Program-made: the position numbers and the translations under genes
Assembly: GCF_006345805.1 (NCBI RefSeq)
Contig: NC_043007.1
Span: forward strand, 20,212,001 to 20,276,000
Direction of reading: 5' to 3'
DNA length: 64,000 nucleotides
Source: Octopus sinensis
Lineage: Eukaryota
Part shown: positions 51,209-62,719 of the stretch, piece after piece
Layout: each line of letters starts with the position of its first letter
Numbering within the stretch: the stretch's first letter is position 1
Notes under the pieces: generated by a model
Database searches by the model: none
Seen by the model: the letters and a program-made list of their open reading frames with translations, nothing else
What the model was told of the DNA's origin: nothing

Positions 51209-51436
51209 GATCACCGTGCAATGACTAAGGAAAACAGTCTAATAATGGGGCATATAAGCCCTCGACAGAAAAAAAGTAAGCTTTCCTATCTGCGTGATAT
51301 GGTAACACACTTAGTCATGTTAACAAAGGGATGTGGGTTTGTATCCCATGCAGATAGGAAAGCCTACGTTTTTTGTCAAGCGAGCGCTTATATGCCCCAT
51401 TATTAGACTATTTTCCTTAGTCATTGAACAGTGATC
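51209..51436. repeat. About 228-bp imperfect palindrome beside (TA)n
   Basis: Arms GATCACC...GGAAAACAGTCTAATAATGGGGCATATAAGC...GCTTTCCTATCTGC and their reverse complement; loop about 51301-51342. Confidence 0.85.
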
Positions 51437-51616
51437 GCTATTATTAATATATATATATATATAAAATATAAATGAGATAAAACCACTATTATGCAACTCA
51501 GACAGTGATAGACACAAACCAAAACATAAATAACAAATAAAATATATTTTTATAAAACATATAACTAGATCTCAAAAAGTATAAAAATGAATAATCAATA
51601 TATAATAAGTAAAAAA

Positions 51617-51716
51617 AACTACATACGTTTCATGGCTACAATTAAATTCGAATTACAATTAAATTCAAATTTAATTTAAATAAATTCAATTTAAAATTAT
51701 AGTCAATCTTCAGGTT
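51617..51716 (-). ncRNA. Type-I hammerhead-like motif with intact core and AT-expanded stem II
   Basis: Minus strand AAC CTGAAGA [TTGACTATAATT...AATTGTAGCCAT] GAAAC GTAT GTA GTT. Confidence 0.55.
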
Positions 51717-51887
51717 AACAATAATAGTTAAATAAATAAGCAAATAGAGTTAAACAATATTTATTTAAAAAATAAATAAAATAAGGATTTTTCTTATAGA
51801 AGAAACTCTATTAACTAAATTTGAAACTTAAAACATGATTATTTCTTACAACACATTTATTATGTTAAATATTTAATATCTAAGGTA

Positions 51888-51971
<84 letters not shown>

Positions 51972-52325
51972 TATATCTTACATCTGTTCCAGTCAATGGA
52001 CTACAGCCATACTGGGGCACTACCTTGAAGGGTTTACTTAAACCAATTGACCCTAGTAGTTGTGTTCTTTTTTTAGTCTAGCACTTATTCTAATGGTTTC
52101 TCTGGCTGAACCACAAAGTTACAGGGACATAAACAAACCAACATATACAACTGCAAACACACACACACATACAATGGACTCCTTTCAGTTTACATCTACC
52201 AAATCCACTCACAAGCTTTTGGTCAGCCTGGGGCTACAGTAGAAGACACTTAGCCAAGTTGCCACATTGTGACACCAGAACTATATGGTTGAGAAGAAAA
52301 CTTCTTACCACACAACCATACCTGT

Positions 52326-52387
52326 GCAGACAGACAGACAGACAGCTAGCTGGATGGATGGATGGATATATATATATATATATAGAC

Positions 52388-52419
<32 letters not shown>

Positions 52420-52420
52420 G

Positions 52421-52468
<48 letters not shown>

Positions 52469-52559
52469 GGCAGACAGATAGGCAGACAGACCGACAGACA
52501 GATAGACAGACAGACAGACAGACAGACAGGCAGACAGATAGGCAGACAGACCGACAGAC

Positions 52560-52643
<84 letters not shown>

Positions 52644-52848
52644 GGATAGATAGATGGATAGATAGATGGATGGATATATAGATGGATGGATGGATGGATG
52701 GATAGATAGGTAGATAGATGGATAGATGGATGGATGGATGGATGGATGGATAGATAGATGGATAGATGGATAGATGGATGGATGGATGGATAGATAGATG
52801 GATAGATGGATGGATGGATGGATGGATGGATAGATAGATAGATAGATG

Positions 52849-52920
<72 letters not shown>
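52326..52920. repeat. Zoned (CAGA)n/(TAGA)n/(TGGA)n tetranucleotide array
   Basis: Directly visible, about 600 bp. Confidence 0.95.
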
Positions 52921-54550
52921 TGCACGTATATCAAAGAATGGTGATTAATGTGACTGACTACAGTGGTTACTGAGTAGAAATCTCAGAATAACAGGTGCTC
53001 GGTCTGTTGTCAGGTATATATCAGCCAAGGTAGACAGGTAAAGATCAATAGAAAAAGTAAGGGCATAAAAAAGTTATAAAAGCTCCATTACTACATAACA
53101 AATTACTTAGAGTTCTACGAATGAATTAACAGCATTGGGAGTTTCCGCTACCTTAATTATCTTCATTATCTTAAACAAGAATGTTCTACAGGATCTCTCT
53201 ACTCATATTCTTTTGTCATCTTCTTTTGGAGCCCTAACAACTTAACCTTCTTTAGGACTTCTATTGAGATCTTTGTCTCTTAGTATTCATCATCTATTTG
53301 TATCATATGTGCTTGCAGTCAAGGGATCGAGGGTTCGAATCTCAGACCGTGCGATGTATGTGTTTATGAGCAAAACACCTAAGCTCCACTTGGCTCCAGC
53401 AGAAGGTAATGGTGAACTACTGCTGACTCTTTTGCCACAACTTTCTCTCACTCTTTCCTTCTGCATCTTGCAGCTCACCTGCGACGGACCGGCGTCCCAT
53501 CCAGGTGGGGAACCTATATGCCAAGGAAACCAGGAAACCAGCCCTTATGAGCCAGGCATGGCTCATAAGGGCTGGTTTACAATCACAAGTGCAGCAAATC
53601 AGCTAATACCTCTAATGATTAGAAAATCTCTCAACACTGATCATGTTACCTAGGCAACAGAAACTAACCATAACAGCTGGAGAACTATCTGTGCAGTTCA
53701 CAATCTCATCCACTACTTGCTGTTGGGTATGAAGATAAGAAATATGTTTTCTGGTCATCAGTAGGTTCTGCAAACTTAAAAGCAGTTATCTGGAAATATG
53801 GAAGGGAAAAATTCAAGCCAGAAATTGCTGAAGAATGCAACAATCACCTGAGTTGAATAACCTCAGTGACATATATGTGTTCGTTTTGTTGTTTGTTCCT
53901 TCTCGAGTCATGCCTGGCTCATAAGGGCCAGTTTCCCAGTTTCCTTGGCGTATAGGTTCCCCACCTGGATGAGACGCCGGTCCGTTGCAGGTGAGCTGCA
54001 AGATGCAGGAGGAAAGAGTGAGAGAAAGTTGTGGCGAAAGAGTCAGCAGAAGTTCACCATTACCTTCTGCCGGAGCCACGTGGAGCTCAGGTGTTTCACT
54101 CATAAACACACACAACGCCCAGTCTGAGATTCAAACCTGCGATCCCTCGTCCATGAGTCCGCTGCTCTTACCATTAGGACATGTGCCTCCAATATGTGTT
54201 CGTTGATGGCAGGTAAACATGAACATTCTGGGCCATATGATTCTGCCAATATTTCTCAGGAAAATAGAAAGAAACCACGATGGAAATTTTAAATACAATT
54301 AGTTGAAGGTCTTTCAGGAAGGTTTAGAGCCATTACAAGCGGGAGATCTACACAACATCACATAGCCAGACATAAGAATTTTCATCTTCATCTGAAGCAG
54401 ATGAAATTGCTGGGTGCAGATCACAAAACAGTTGTATGTACCAATGTCACTGTCATTCCCCCAAGATGAAAAGATCAAGCTTGAGTGCAAGACATGTTGA
54501 GTGGGACCCTGGGGATCTGCTGGGAGTGGTACCATTCACAAGATTAGTAC

Positions 54551-54779
54551 TTGACTCTTTCGTTACCATATTTATTTTGAGATGCTCTGTGTTTCTTTCA
54601 ATTATTTTAAATATAACAAAGAATTTAGTAAAATAACTTAGTTATCATTAGGCTAGTGTTAGGAACATAAATTGTGACTAAGGTTTGGTGGAAGGTTTTA
54701 ATTCAAAACTTATGAAAACAAGACATTTGTATTACAGAGTCAGAGCCGGTTTCAGCCAGGTTGATAATGAAAGGGTTAA
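54551..54779 (+). mobile_element. piggyBac-like MITE (family 2)
   Basis: TTGACTCTTTCGTTACC...GAAAGGGTTAA; highly similar to 61278-61468. Confidence 0.75.
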
Positions 54780-55755
54780 AATTTGTTTATTTATTTATTT
54801 ATTTGGAAATAGCTCCTTTGTTTTCCTTTTGCCCCCAAATCTGAGGAAATAGCTCCTTTGTTTTCTTTTTGCCCCCAAATCTGATCTTTCTTTTCTGCAA
54901 AGCCCGCTGGAAAAGATGTTTCCCTGGGGCTATAAGAACAGTAACATCGTCCTGTATAGGGCTGCCACATTCTGTTGGCATATAAGCATTACTATATAAC
55001 ACACATTTCTGAATTTAAAACACAGATATACATTCTTTAATATGTAGCAAAAGGAATGAAATCAAACATAAAACAAACGAAGAAACTAGGCAAATCAAAC
55101 ACAAACTTCATTCTTAACAATTAATTACTTTGGACAACAGTTAAATAAGGCCATCACTGGTCGATGGTCACCGAGTATATTGAATGTTCTGTTTTACAAA
55201 TATGTGTGGAATATTTCGCTTGCCATTAACACAGGAAGACCTTCCTTTATTAATGTGACAACACTTGTTCGATTTGCGAAAGTGCTTTTAGATGCATCTG
55301 GAGTCATGCACCAGCATGGCGTCCAATTCGACAGGATTGACATCAACATTAAAAGCTGTGTCCGGTGTCGATGTAATATTATTGTACGTGATGTTATGCA
55401 TTGTTTTAATTCCTATAATTCTTCCTATTGTACATTACCTACTCATATTTTTCGTTCCTTTTATATCAATAGAAAGTCTATTTTAGTGGCAGCTAAAATT
55501 ATTGTATTTATTTCCCACCTAAGTACATTTCACGGGATTTAATGAAAGGTCACTGTTACACATTATCATCCAAATACCGACCGTCATTTCAAACCTTTTT
55601 ACTATTTTTACGATTTGTTAGTCTGGAATATTATCTGCAATATTACTTCTACTAGCTTCAGATTTTAAAAGGTTAGTACATTCCGGAAATTCTTCAAATG
55701 CTGAGGAAATTCCAATAACCAACCTCTGCTACAGATATTTGCTGGGAAAAGTATG

Positions 55756-56182
55756 GGATCTTTTCGGTTTGACCGGCAGTTTTTTCAAGCAGTGTCATAT
55801 GAAATTGTCACCCATAATTATGACCCTAATATCGATCTATTGCATTTCAATCTGTTTTAGGGTTAGGGTTAGAGTTAGGGTTAGGGGTGAGGGAAGGGTA
55901 TCTTTTTTTCTTCAGAAATGTAAATAAACCCAATCTGTTTCTTAAACGAGGGACATATTTATACAGCACAGAATGTTTTCACCTCAATAGACGTCATTGA
56001 TTGGTTGAAATTGCAGAAATTGAAGAAAAAAACAACAAATATCTTACAAACTATAGAATTTTCTCAATAAAGCCAAGAGAAAAAGATGTTTTATAAACAC
56101 ATTCTACCAGTATACGAAGTTTAAAAGTGTTTAGTTAAGTGGAAATTATTTTAAAAAACTGCCAGTCAAACCGAAAAGATTC
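55756..56182 (+). mobile_element. 427-bp MITE with GG...(T)C ends, 8-bp TSD and TTAGGG array
   Basis: TIRs GGATCTTTTCGGTTTGACCGGCAGTTTTTT and reverse complement; TSD AAAGTATG at 55748-55755 and 56183-56190. Confidence 0.9.
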
Positions 56183-56334
56183 AAAGTATGTTACATGACG
56201 CAATGGTTCATATAATTCTATTTGGCGACAGTCCATATTAAGATCAAGTTTCGAAAAGAAGCTAATCCATTCAAATTTTCCAGTATCTCTTCAACAGTAG
56301 GTATTGATCTTCGTCTACTTTGGCTAACTGATTT

Positions 56335-57465
56335 TGCTCTGTGTAGGTTCAAACGCAATTAAATGCAGCCATCACCAAGTCCTTTGTGAGTCGCTCTCCG
56401 GCTATCTATCTGCAGCTTTATATATAAAGCTATGGTACGACCTCACCTGGAATTTGCATCACCCGTCTGGAACCCCTATTTTGCCCAGGATATTAATCGA
56501 ATGGAAACTATTCAGTGACGTGCAACCAAGAGAATACCCTCGATCAGGCATTTGCCATATTCTGAACGCCTTACTTCCCTGGGCATGGATACATTGAAAC
56601 TCCGACGCCTGGCAGCAGACTTGGCAGACACCCATAAAATTATTAACCATCTTACAAACAATAACTCTGAGCACCTTTTCAAACTCCACCTGTCTAACAC
56701 TCGTAGACATGTTTACAAAGTCAGAAAACAGCACAGCTCCCATGACTTTCGGAAATATTTTTTCACGCTAAGAGTTGCTGAAGCATGGAACAAACTGCCG
56801 GCATCAGTTGTTAGTTGTCGGAGCACTGCATCCTCCAAAACTTCCATGCTTCCTGAGATTCGCCAACACTACACCTGATTTTTCTCCCCTCCATACACAC
56901 CCAAGCATGTATCTGACTCATACACTGTTCACTTTCCAGACATTTGTACATTACTGCATATGCTTTATATGCACTTTCGGTTTGAATGGCAGTTTTTAAA
57001 AATAATTTCCACGTAACTAAACACATTTAAACTTCGTATACTGGTAGAATGAGCTTATAAAACATCATTTTCTCTTGGCTTTATTGAGAAAATTCTATAG
57101 TTTGTAAGATATTTGTAGTTTTTTTCTTCAATTTCTGCAATTTCAACCAATCAATGACGTCTATTGAGGTAAAAAACATTCTGTGCCGTATGAATATATC
57201 CCTCGTTTAAGAAATAGATTGGGTTTATTTACATTTCTGAAGAAAAAAAGATACCCTTCCCCTACCCCTAACCCTAACCCTAACTAACCCTAACTCTAAC
57301 CCTAAAATAGATTGAAATGCAATAGATCAATACTAGGGTCATAATTATGGGTGACAATTTCATATGACACCGCTAGAAAAAACTGCCGTTCAAACCGAAA
57401 AGATCTGTTGTGGTGCACCTGAGCGCTATATACAATAATTTCATTATTATTATTATTATTATTTT
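56335..57465 (+). mobile_element. CR1/L2-group LINE 3' fragment
   Basis: PYSERLTSLGMDTLKLRRLAADL...RKYFFTLRVAEAWNKLP C-terminal motifs; (ATT)n tail at about 57443-57462; 3'UTR split by a MITE. Confidence 0.9.
56975..57406 (-). mobile_element. Second copy of the TTAGGG MITE, inverted, outer end clipped
   Basis: Reverse complement of 55756-56182; CCCTAA array at about 57256-57305. Confidence 0.9.
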
Positions 57466-58500
57466 GTAGAGCAGCAGCAACTAACGGTGAGACCCCCTTT
57501 GTGAAAGCCATTAACATTTTCAATCCTATCCAGTCTTAATGCATGTTCAGTTTCTTCTAATTATTTCTTTGCACGAAACAATATTTGTTTCACAGCCTGT
57601 CTTTCAGGTTTTGTATCACGGTTGATTGATAATTTTAACAAAGTCTTTCACAATGCCTTCGAATACTTTAGAGAATCGATTAGTAATGAAATCACCTTTT
57701 ACTATTGATAAAATATCAACGAAGTTTGTTTGAACCAAACCAAGAAAAGCTTTCTTATTACTCAATAAACCACGACCACTCCTCAAAGACTTGGTGACAA
57801 ACACCCAATGAATAAAGGTGATTCGGTCTAGTTTTAGGTGTGATTTCGCATAGCAGGATAATTGCTACGGCCGGGTTAAATTACATGTTGCTCTGGAATC
57901 GATGATAAACGATGTAATTATTCCATCACCTTTTTTTTATTTGTTGTTCTAATTAATCACACCTTGGTTTAAGAATAAATTCATCATTACTGATTGAGAA
58001 TGCTTTAGTCATGTATCTTATTGTAATTGCCTTTCCCAGCACAGGTAGAAGCATTTCTAAATTTACAAACAGGTGTTTCCTTGATTTTTTTTTTTTTACA
58101 TGAGTTGCAAATTTTCTAGAATTAGACAATCCTATGAGGGAGCCTCTACATGGTATCTTGACTGTTAGTAATAATAGCCAAAACCCTTCAAACCACACCC
58201 TAGCATCTTAAAAAAGAATACATTGGGTAATGTAAACTTTAGACTTATGTTCTATGGGTTGGTCATAGCTGGAATGCCTTTGATCATAGAGCTCTTCAGA
58301 ATTAAAATGAGGTAATAAACCAACACTATAAACAGTCTAGGATTAGATAAAAATGAGATTTATAATCACATCCAGTGACCCAGCCACAAAATTTGCCTAG
58401 GGGGCTTCAAACCCAGGTCCTAATTTTTTAATGAAAAATGTGGATTTTTCCAATGTTAATATTAAAACAAATGCAGGTATAATAATAATTTTTATTATTA

Positions 58501-59010
58501 TGAGGGTCGGCTGAAATGTTCATAATCCGAGCAAGACACTCTCAATGGAATGTGACCAAATGAAGTTCATTTTCTAACACAGTTTCTCTTACTGTCCACA
58601 CACTTCCATTAGTAGTTGCAGTGCTTAGGTCGCACTGGTGAAGAAGCTTTTCTGTTGATCAAAATAGTCATCAACAACAGATAAAATGTTCTCATCATAG
58701 TGATACTGGTGCTCAGCTGAGTGTTTTTCTATGTTGGGAAATAGATAATAACCAGAAGGAACCAAATCACTAACATAGGGAGGATGATCAACCAGTTCAA
58801 AGCCAGTCACACACAGCAGCCATTGAAACCAAGGACTTGTGTGCTGAAGCATTGTCCTAATGAAACAAGACCCTATTCATCAGTTTTTCTGGGTGTTTGG
58901 TCTTGATAGCCTTTCATAACTGCCTTAGGAAGTCGGCATTGAAATTTTCCATTGATGGTGTGATCATTTTGAAGATAGCCTATAAATACAATATTTTTTG
59001 CATTAATGCA
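58501..59010 (-). mobile_element. Mariner transposase 3' remnant
   Basis: TATGAGGG end; minus strand NIVFIGYLQNDHTING, DNASAHKS, GFELVDHPPYVSDLVPSGYYLFPN. Confidence 0.8.
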
Positions 59011-59174
59011 TAGATGTAATAATGTGAAGTATATTTTGCATATTAAAATGTTTAATTTTGGAAATGTATCAAGCAGAGCTAACATAAGCAGTAAAAATAC
59101 AAATTGCAAGTATTTCAAAATGTGGGACACTACATGACAAAAACTAACAAAAAAAAGGAAGAAAAAGATAAAAG

Positions 59175-59575
59175 GCGCAGGAGTGGCTGTGTGGTAAGTA
59201 GCTTGTCTACCAACCACATGGTTCCGGGTTCAGTCCCACTGCGTGGCATCTTGGGCAAGTGTCTTCTGCTATAGCCTCAGGCCGACCAAAGCCTTGTGAG
59301 TGGATTTGGTAGACGGAAACTGAAAGAAGCCTGTCGTATATATATATATGTATGTGTGTGTATATGTTTGTGTGTCTGTGTTTGTCCCCCCAACATCGCT
59401 TGACAACCGATGGTGGTGTGTTTACGTCCCAGTCACTTAGCGGTTCGGCAAAAGAGACCGATAGAATAAGTACTGGGCTTACAAAAGAATAAGTCACAAG
59501 GTCGATTTGCTAGACTAAAGGCGGTGCTCCAGCATGGCCGCAGTCAAATGACTGAAACAAGTAAGTAAAGAGTAA
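59175..59575 (+). mobile_element. SINE family A, full length
   Basis: Near-consensus copy. Confidence 0.9.
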
Positions 59576-59869
59576 TAGATATGCTTTCTTTCGTATTGCT
59601 TACTGTTCAACAAGATCATGCCTTCACCAATACTATAAACTTCTTAAGGGTAATGTTGGGTGGCTACTTTTAGGGTAGTCACTATACTCCATCTCCGAAT
59701 GTAGGAGTCGATGTCTCATCAGGCGATGAAGCAGTGTTTCAGTTCCTTCCACTGTAACACTAGAGCTGCCTGGAGTCACCCACCAATGTAGGTGACAAGA
59801 CTCTTCAACAATAGTATGAGCTTTGATGAGTCAGATTGTGGGCCAGATATTTCTACCATTCTCAAATGT

Positions 59870-60195
59870 AGTTCAAATTCCGCCGAGGTCGACTTTGCCT
59901 TCCATCCTTTCGGGGTCGATAAATTAAGTACCAGTTACGCAGTGGGGTCGATGTAATTGACTTAATCCGTTTGTCTGTCCTTGTTTGTCCCCTCTATGTT
60001 TAGCCCCTTGTGGGTAGTAAAGAAATAGGTATCTCGTCAGTCTTTACGTTCTGAGTTCAAATTCCGCCGAGGTCAACGTTGCCTTTCATCCTTTCGGGGT
60101 CGATAAATTAAGTACCAGTTACGCACCGGGGTCGATCTAATCGACTGCCTCTCCCTCCCACAAAATTTCGGGCCTTGTGCCTAGAGCAGAAAAGA
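59870..60195 (+). mobile_element. SINE family B body dimer
   Basis: Junction AGAAATA|GGTATCTCGTC at 60021-60038; second body ends in the alternative GGCCTTGTGCCTAGAG tail. Confidence 0.8.
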
Positions 60196-60259
60196 CTTAT
60201 GCTTCTTTTTCTCAAAGTGCAGAACATCAGCAAGCCTATTCTTGGCTTCTTTCTTAGAC

Positions 60260-60331
60260 CTGACATTTTATTACATGTCTACGTTTCTCATATGACTGTT
60301 TGCTACGTAATCTTTCCAGTAGAGATATGAT
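60260..60331 (-). CDS. Candidate 72-bp exon or decayed coding segment
   Basis: Acceptor CCTTGTTATTTTCTAG, donor CAG|GTCTAA, only one open frame IISLLERLRSKQSYEKRRHVIKCQ. Confidence 0.3.
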
Positions 60332-60861
60332 CTAGAAAATAACAAGGTATCCTGAGATACAAAAGAAGTAGCAACCATTGAAATTCCTTCCAAATTCAAG
60401 ATGGCTGAGTTGCCAGGGTATCAGACAATCGGTTGAAGGTTTAGTTGTTTGCACATTGCCATTAATACTGCACTGTTTCCATGACCAAGACACTTTACTC
60501 TAAGTGAATGACTCAAAACACAGTGGAACATTTCATTGCCATAGACGTAGACGACGTTTTGTTTGCATGCAGTGTTGACTTAATGCCCTTCTATGGATAT
60601 ATGAGAGCTGTGTGCTTGGCTGACAGCCTATCCCACAAAAAGCCAACAAAGCTTCTCAAACTAATGACACATGAAACTGTCAGGCAGAAGTACCTTTAGG
60701 CATTTGTTAGACAAACAGCAACAACAACAATAATACTAAGGATAACGATGATTTTTTAAATGACACAGATTGCTGGTGAGAACATTATCAATATGGTAAG
60801 GTATATGCTACATATTATAGAAAGAAAATAATATTGTTTTTAACTGTCTTTAACCCTTTCT

Positions 60862-61277
60862 TATTTCTTTATTGCCCACAAGGGACTAAACATAGAAGGG
60901 ACAAATAAGGACAGACAAACGGATTAAGTTGATTACATCGACCCCCAATGCATAACTGGTACTTAATTTATCGACCCCGAAAGGATGGAAGGCAAAGTCG
61001 ACCTCAGTGGAATTTGAACTCAGAACATAACAACAGACGAAATACCTATTTCTTTACTACCCACAAGGGGCTAAACACAGAGGGGACAAACAAGGAAAGA
61101 CAAAGGGATTAAGTCGATTATATCGACCCCAGTGCGTAACTGGTACTTATTTAATCGACCCCGAAAGGATGAAAGGTAAAGTCGACCTCGGTGGAATTTG
61201 AACTCAGAACATAACAGCAGACGAAATACGGCTACGCATTTCGACCGACGTGCTAACGTTTCTGCCAGCTCTCTGCC
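60862..61277 (-). mobile_element. SINE family B, one head plus two bodies, inserted in a MITE terminus
   Basis: TSD TTAACCCTTTC (60850-60860 and 61278-61288); junction GACGAAATACC|TATTTC at 61036-61052. Confidence 0.85.
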
Positions 61278-61468
61278 TTAACCCTTTCGTTACTGTATTT
61301 ATTTTGAGATGTTCTGTGTTTCTTTCAATTATTCTAAATATAACAAAGAATTTAGTAAAATAACTTAGTTATCATTAAGCTAGTGTTAGGAACATAAATT
61401 GTGACTAACAAGACATTTGTACTCAGAGCCAGAGCCAGTTTCAGCCGGGTAGGTATCAAAAGGGTTAA
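61278..61468 (+). mobile_element. piggyBac-like MITE (family 2)
   Basis: TTAACCCTTTCG...AAAAGGGTTAA. Confidence 0.8.
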
Positions 61469-61730
61469 ATGTTGAATAAAGTTGGTGTAGAAAAAATGAG
61501 TAGACATATAATTTTTTATTTTTTACTTGTTTCAGTCATTGGACTGCGGCCATACTGGAGCGCTACATTGAAGGTTTTAGTCAACCAAATCAAACCCAGT
61601 ACAATTTTTTTTTTAATTCTGCTACTTTTTTTTATTGGACTCTCTTTTGCTGAACTGCTAAGTCATGGGTATGTAAACAAACCAATATCAGTCAAGCAGT
61701 GGGGGTGGACAAACAGGAACACAAAGGCAT

Positions 61731-61789
<59 letters not shown>

Positions 61790-62092
61790 TACAAACATAC
61801 ATGCATACAAATTGTTTTGATTTGTGTGAATGTATAAAGAAAAATGGTTTATTAAAATGTTCAAACCTGTTCTGAACAGAAATAAAAGCAAAATATAACA
61901 ACCAGTTAATGATGTGGATTAAAAAATATCTCTAGCATATAAATATAAACAAGTTACAGAATATCGGTCCCGCCTGGCAAACCGTGATGTTTAAGATGCA
62001 TGCGGATTGGTCAAAAAGGTATTCTAAAAATTTAGCTTTTTGGAGCATTCTAAGAAGTACAGAAGTTGAAATTTGATGATTACTACGAACGT

Positions 62093-62625
62093 ATCATCAT
62101 CATCATCATCATCATCATCATCGTTTAACGTCTGCTTTCCATACTAGCATGGGTTGGACAATTTGACTGAGGACTGGCAAACCAGATGGCTGCATCAGGC
62201 CCCAATCTGATCTGGCAGAGTTTCTACAGCTGGATGCCCTTCCTAACGCCAACCACTCCAAGAGTGTAGTGGGGCCGTTCAAGAATTTGGACCTGGAGAT
62301 CTCCATTTCCAGCGACTTCGAGGTCCACCTCCCAGTGGTGTCGGGTGTTAACGAAGAGCCTTCGACTACAACAAGATGACCAATTTTTTTTTTCCCAGGT
62401 CTGGGGTCTCCCGCCCCCTAAGCCCTAGACCATCACCTAATCACCCTTACCCGTCTTGTTGCTTAACAACAACAACAAGAGTGTAGTGGGTGCTTTTACG
62501 TGCCACCGGCATGAGGGCCAGTTAGGCAGTACTGGCAACGGCCACGCTCAAATAGCGTTTTTTTACGTGCCACCTGCACAGGAGCCAGTCCAGTGGCACT
62601 GGCAACGACCTCGCCCGAATGTATG
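62093..62625 (-). mobile_element. RTE family-2 3'UTR interrupted by another retroposon
   Basis: (CAT)n tail at 62093-62122; split at 62273/62476. Confidence 0.8.
62274..62475 (+). mobile_element. Young 5'-truncated retroposon with (AAC)n tail
   Basis: 15-bp TSD CAAGAGTGTAGTGGG; GC-rich, CpG intact. Confidence 0.75.
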
Positions 62626-62719
62626 AAAGCGCTAATTTAAATTTATTTTTTTAATGTTAAAATATCATAATAAAAACCGCAAAAACCAGACCATGTTTTA
62701 ACTTTATTCAACTGGTATA

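Larger units (their letters stand above)
55130..57850 (-). mobile_element. Decayed Gypsy/Ty3 LTR-retrotransposon pol (RT and RNase H), interrupted by three insertions
   Basis: Minus-strand pieces: KVFEGIVKDF..., VSPLVA, IPTVEEILENLNG, FSKLDLNM, RLVIGISSAFEEF, NIADNI (ADD motif degenerate), NVDVNPVELDAML, EIFHTYL, ILGDHRPV; many frameshifts and stops. Confidence 0.85.

Noticed and set aside
52305-52934. 209-aa ORF and similar YI/HT/CV-rich ORFs at 22.6, 31, 34.6, 38.8 and 41.5 kb
   Set aside because: Microsatellite translations
55292-55486. Small membrane-protein ORF (MASNSTG...hydrophobic) and apparent plus-strand exons at 55622-55671, about 56230-56300 and about 57612
   Set aside because: All lie antisense to recognisable Gypsy RT/RNase H sequence
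55756-57406. Composite transposon: two inverted MITEs flanking a captured CR1 fragment
   Set aside because: The left MITE has its own 8-bp TSD on both sides and the right MITE sits inside the CR1 3'UTR, so these are independent insertions
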